Assembly: GCF_006345805.1 (NCBI RefSeq)
Contig: NC_043012.1
Coordinates: 4,216,001 to 4,280,000 of the forward strand
Length of the DNA: 64,000 nucleotides
Direction: 5' to 3'
From: Octopus sinensis
Taxonomy: Eukaryota
Part shown: positions 62,691 to 64,000 of the stretch, in pieces
How positions within the stretch are numbered: position 1 is the stretch's first letter
How the letters are laid out: each line of letters opens with the position of its first letter
Program-made: the position numbers and the translations under genes
Notes under the pieces: generated by a model
Told to the model about the DNA's origin: nothing
What the model saw: only the letters and a program-made list of their open reading frames with translations
Database searches by the model: none

Positions 62691-63516
62691 ATATATATAT
62701 ATATATAGGATCGTTTGGAGAAATACATACATCTGGAGCAGAAGCACACTCTAAGATGTAGAACAGTTAGCATTATAGCAGTCTCAGGCTACCAGTATTT
62801 GGGGTCTGAAGATACGCCATAAGCCTAAACCCCTTATGAGCGAGAAACCCAGCGTAACCCCATAAACTGGCCTATTCCACTATAATGAATGTATTTGTGA
62901 ATTATTTGCATTTGTTCCTTCTCCCACCACTGCTTGACACCCAGCGTTAGTTTGTCCATGTCCCTGTAACTTAGCAGTTCAACAAAAGACCCCGATAGAT
63001 ACATACCAGATTTAGAAATAAGTACAAGGGTCATTTCCTTTGACTAATTCCTTCAAGGTCATGCCCCAGAGTGGCTTCAGTTCAATTTCTGTAAAGAGTA
63101 AAAGAATCAAATAAAAAAGATAATAATGCATCTAGGACAACATTATTCTATATGTCCTTCTTTTCTTAAGTCATTAGGGTTTGATTTGCAAGGGATTTGA
63201 TTGCTATTTCTAGCAGGCAGAATGACTGTTTAGGAGTTTCTCTTATTACATGTCGCACATTGCTGTTGTTGTAGGTATTTATTTCTATTTAACCCTGAAT
63301 CATGAAATCTATGACTAACGGCAATCCAACTATGACCATCTCTTGTATTCCAGGATTACGTTATTTAACGAGTCTTCTTATTCTTATGATAGTACAATGG
63401 AATTTGAGGTAGATTTAGCTGCTATTTCATGTTGGTTAAGTGACCATACAGTTGTTGAGAGTGATGAGCATATGTGTATATGTGTGTGTGTGCATAAGCA
63501 TGTGTGTGTGCATAAG

Positions 63517-63557
<41 letters not shown>

Positions 63558-63793
63558 AATAGCATATGTGTGTGTGTTTGTGTGCACAAAACCTTCATAC
63601 CATTGTATATTTTCAACTCTGTAATTTAACAGGTGAGGGAGTTTGTAGGGTTGTGTCTTAAGAGAATATACCATGTCAGAAAGTGCTCGACAGATTCTGT
63701 TTCTGCTAAACAGCTGTTTATTTTACACATTTCACACGCACACACATGATTATTCATATATATATATATGTGTGTGTGTGTGTGCGTGTGTAT

Positions 63794-63831
<38 letters not shown>

Positions 63832-64000
63832 AGTATATATGAATCTATCTATCTATATATATATATATATATATGCTATCTGTTTAAACATAAGTATGTA
63901 TGTATATATATACATATATATGTGCGTATATATATATGTATATATTCAGATGCATACATACAAATATGTTGAATAATATATAAACACACACATATATAAA

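Overview
AT-rich, microsatellite-dense eukaryotic DNA, most likely a coleoid cephalopod (Octopus-like). This is inferred from the mix of tRNA-derived SINEs, RTE LINE debris and simple repeats; no database search was run. No complete protein-coding gene is visible, and nearly all long ORFs in the track are translations of microsatellites or repeats. The only non-transposon coding candidates are two phase-compatible + strand exons (6227-6312, 9685-9869) and a duplicated exon-like segment on the - strand (~12.3 and ~15.0 kb). The rest is nested mobile DNA: several modular SINE families, many RTE 3' UTR fragments, one internally deleted RTE, CR1 and R4/Dong-like 3' ends, a deleted Tc1 with DD36E spacing, hAT-, Merlin-, mariner- and piggyBac-like MITEs, Helentron-type elements and Penelope-like fragments. 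The strongest lead is a non-autonomous element that joins a tRNA-like Pol III head, a (TAA)n linker and a tail carrying a minimal type I hammerhead ribozyme. Its copies show Penelope-style inverted 5' ends and target-site duplications (38565-39300, 50170-50640, tail at 44421-44560), suggesting a SINE mobilised by Penelope-like reverse transcriptase. Two other near-intact hammerhead motifs lie at 1558-1603 and 29339-29386. Repeat boundaries were read by eye and are approximate (about +/-10-20 nt) unless a target-site duplication (TSD) or terminal inverted repeat (TIR) is quoted. Family labels A, B1-B3, E, K, M and P are my own working names.
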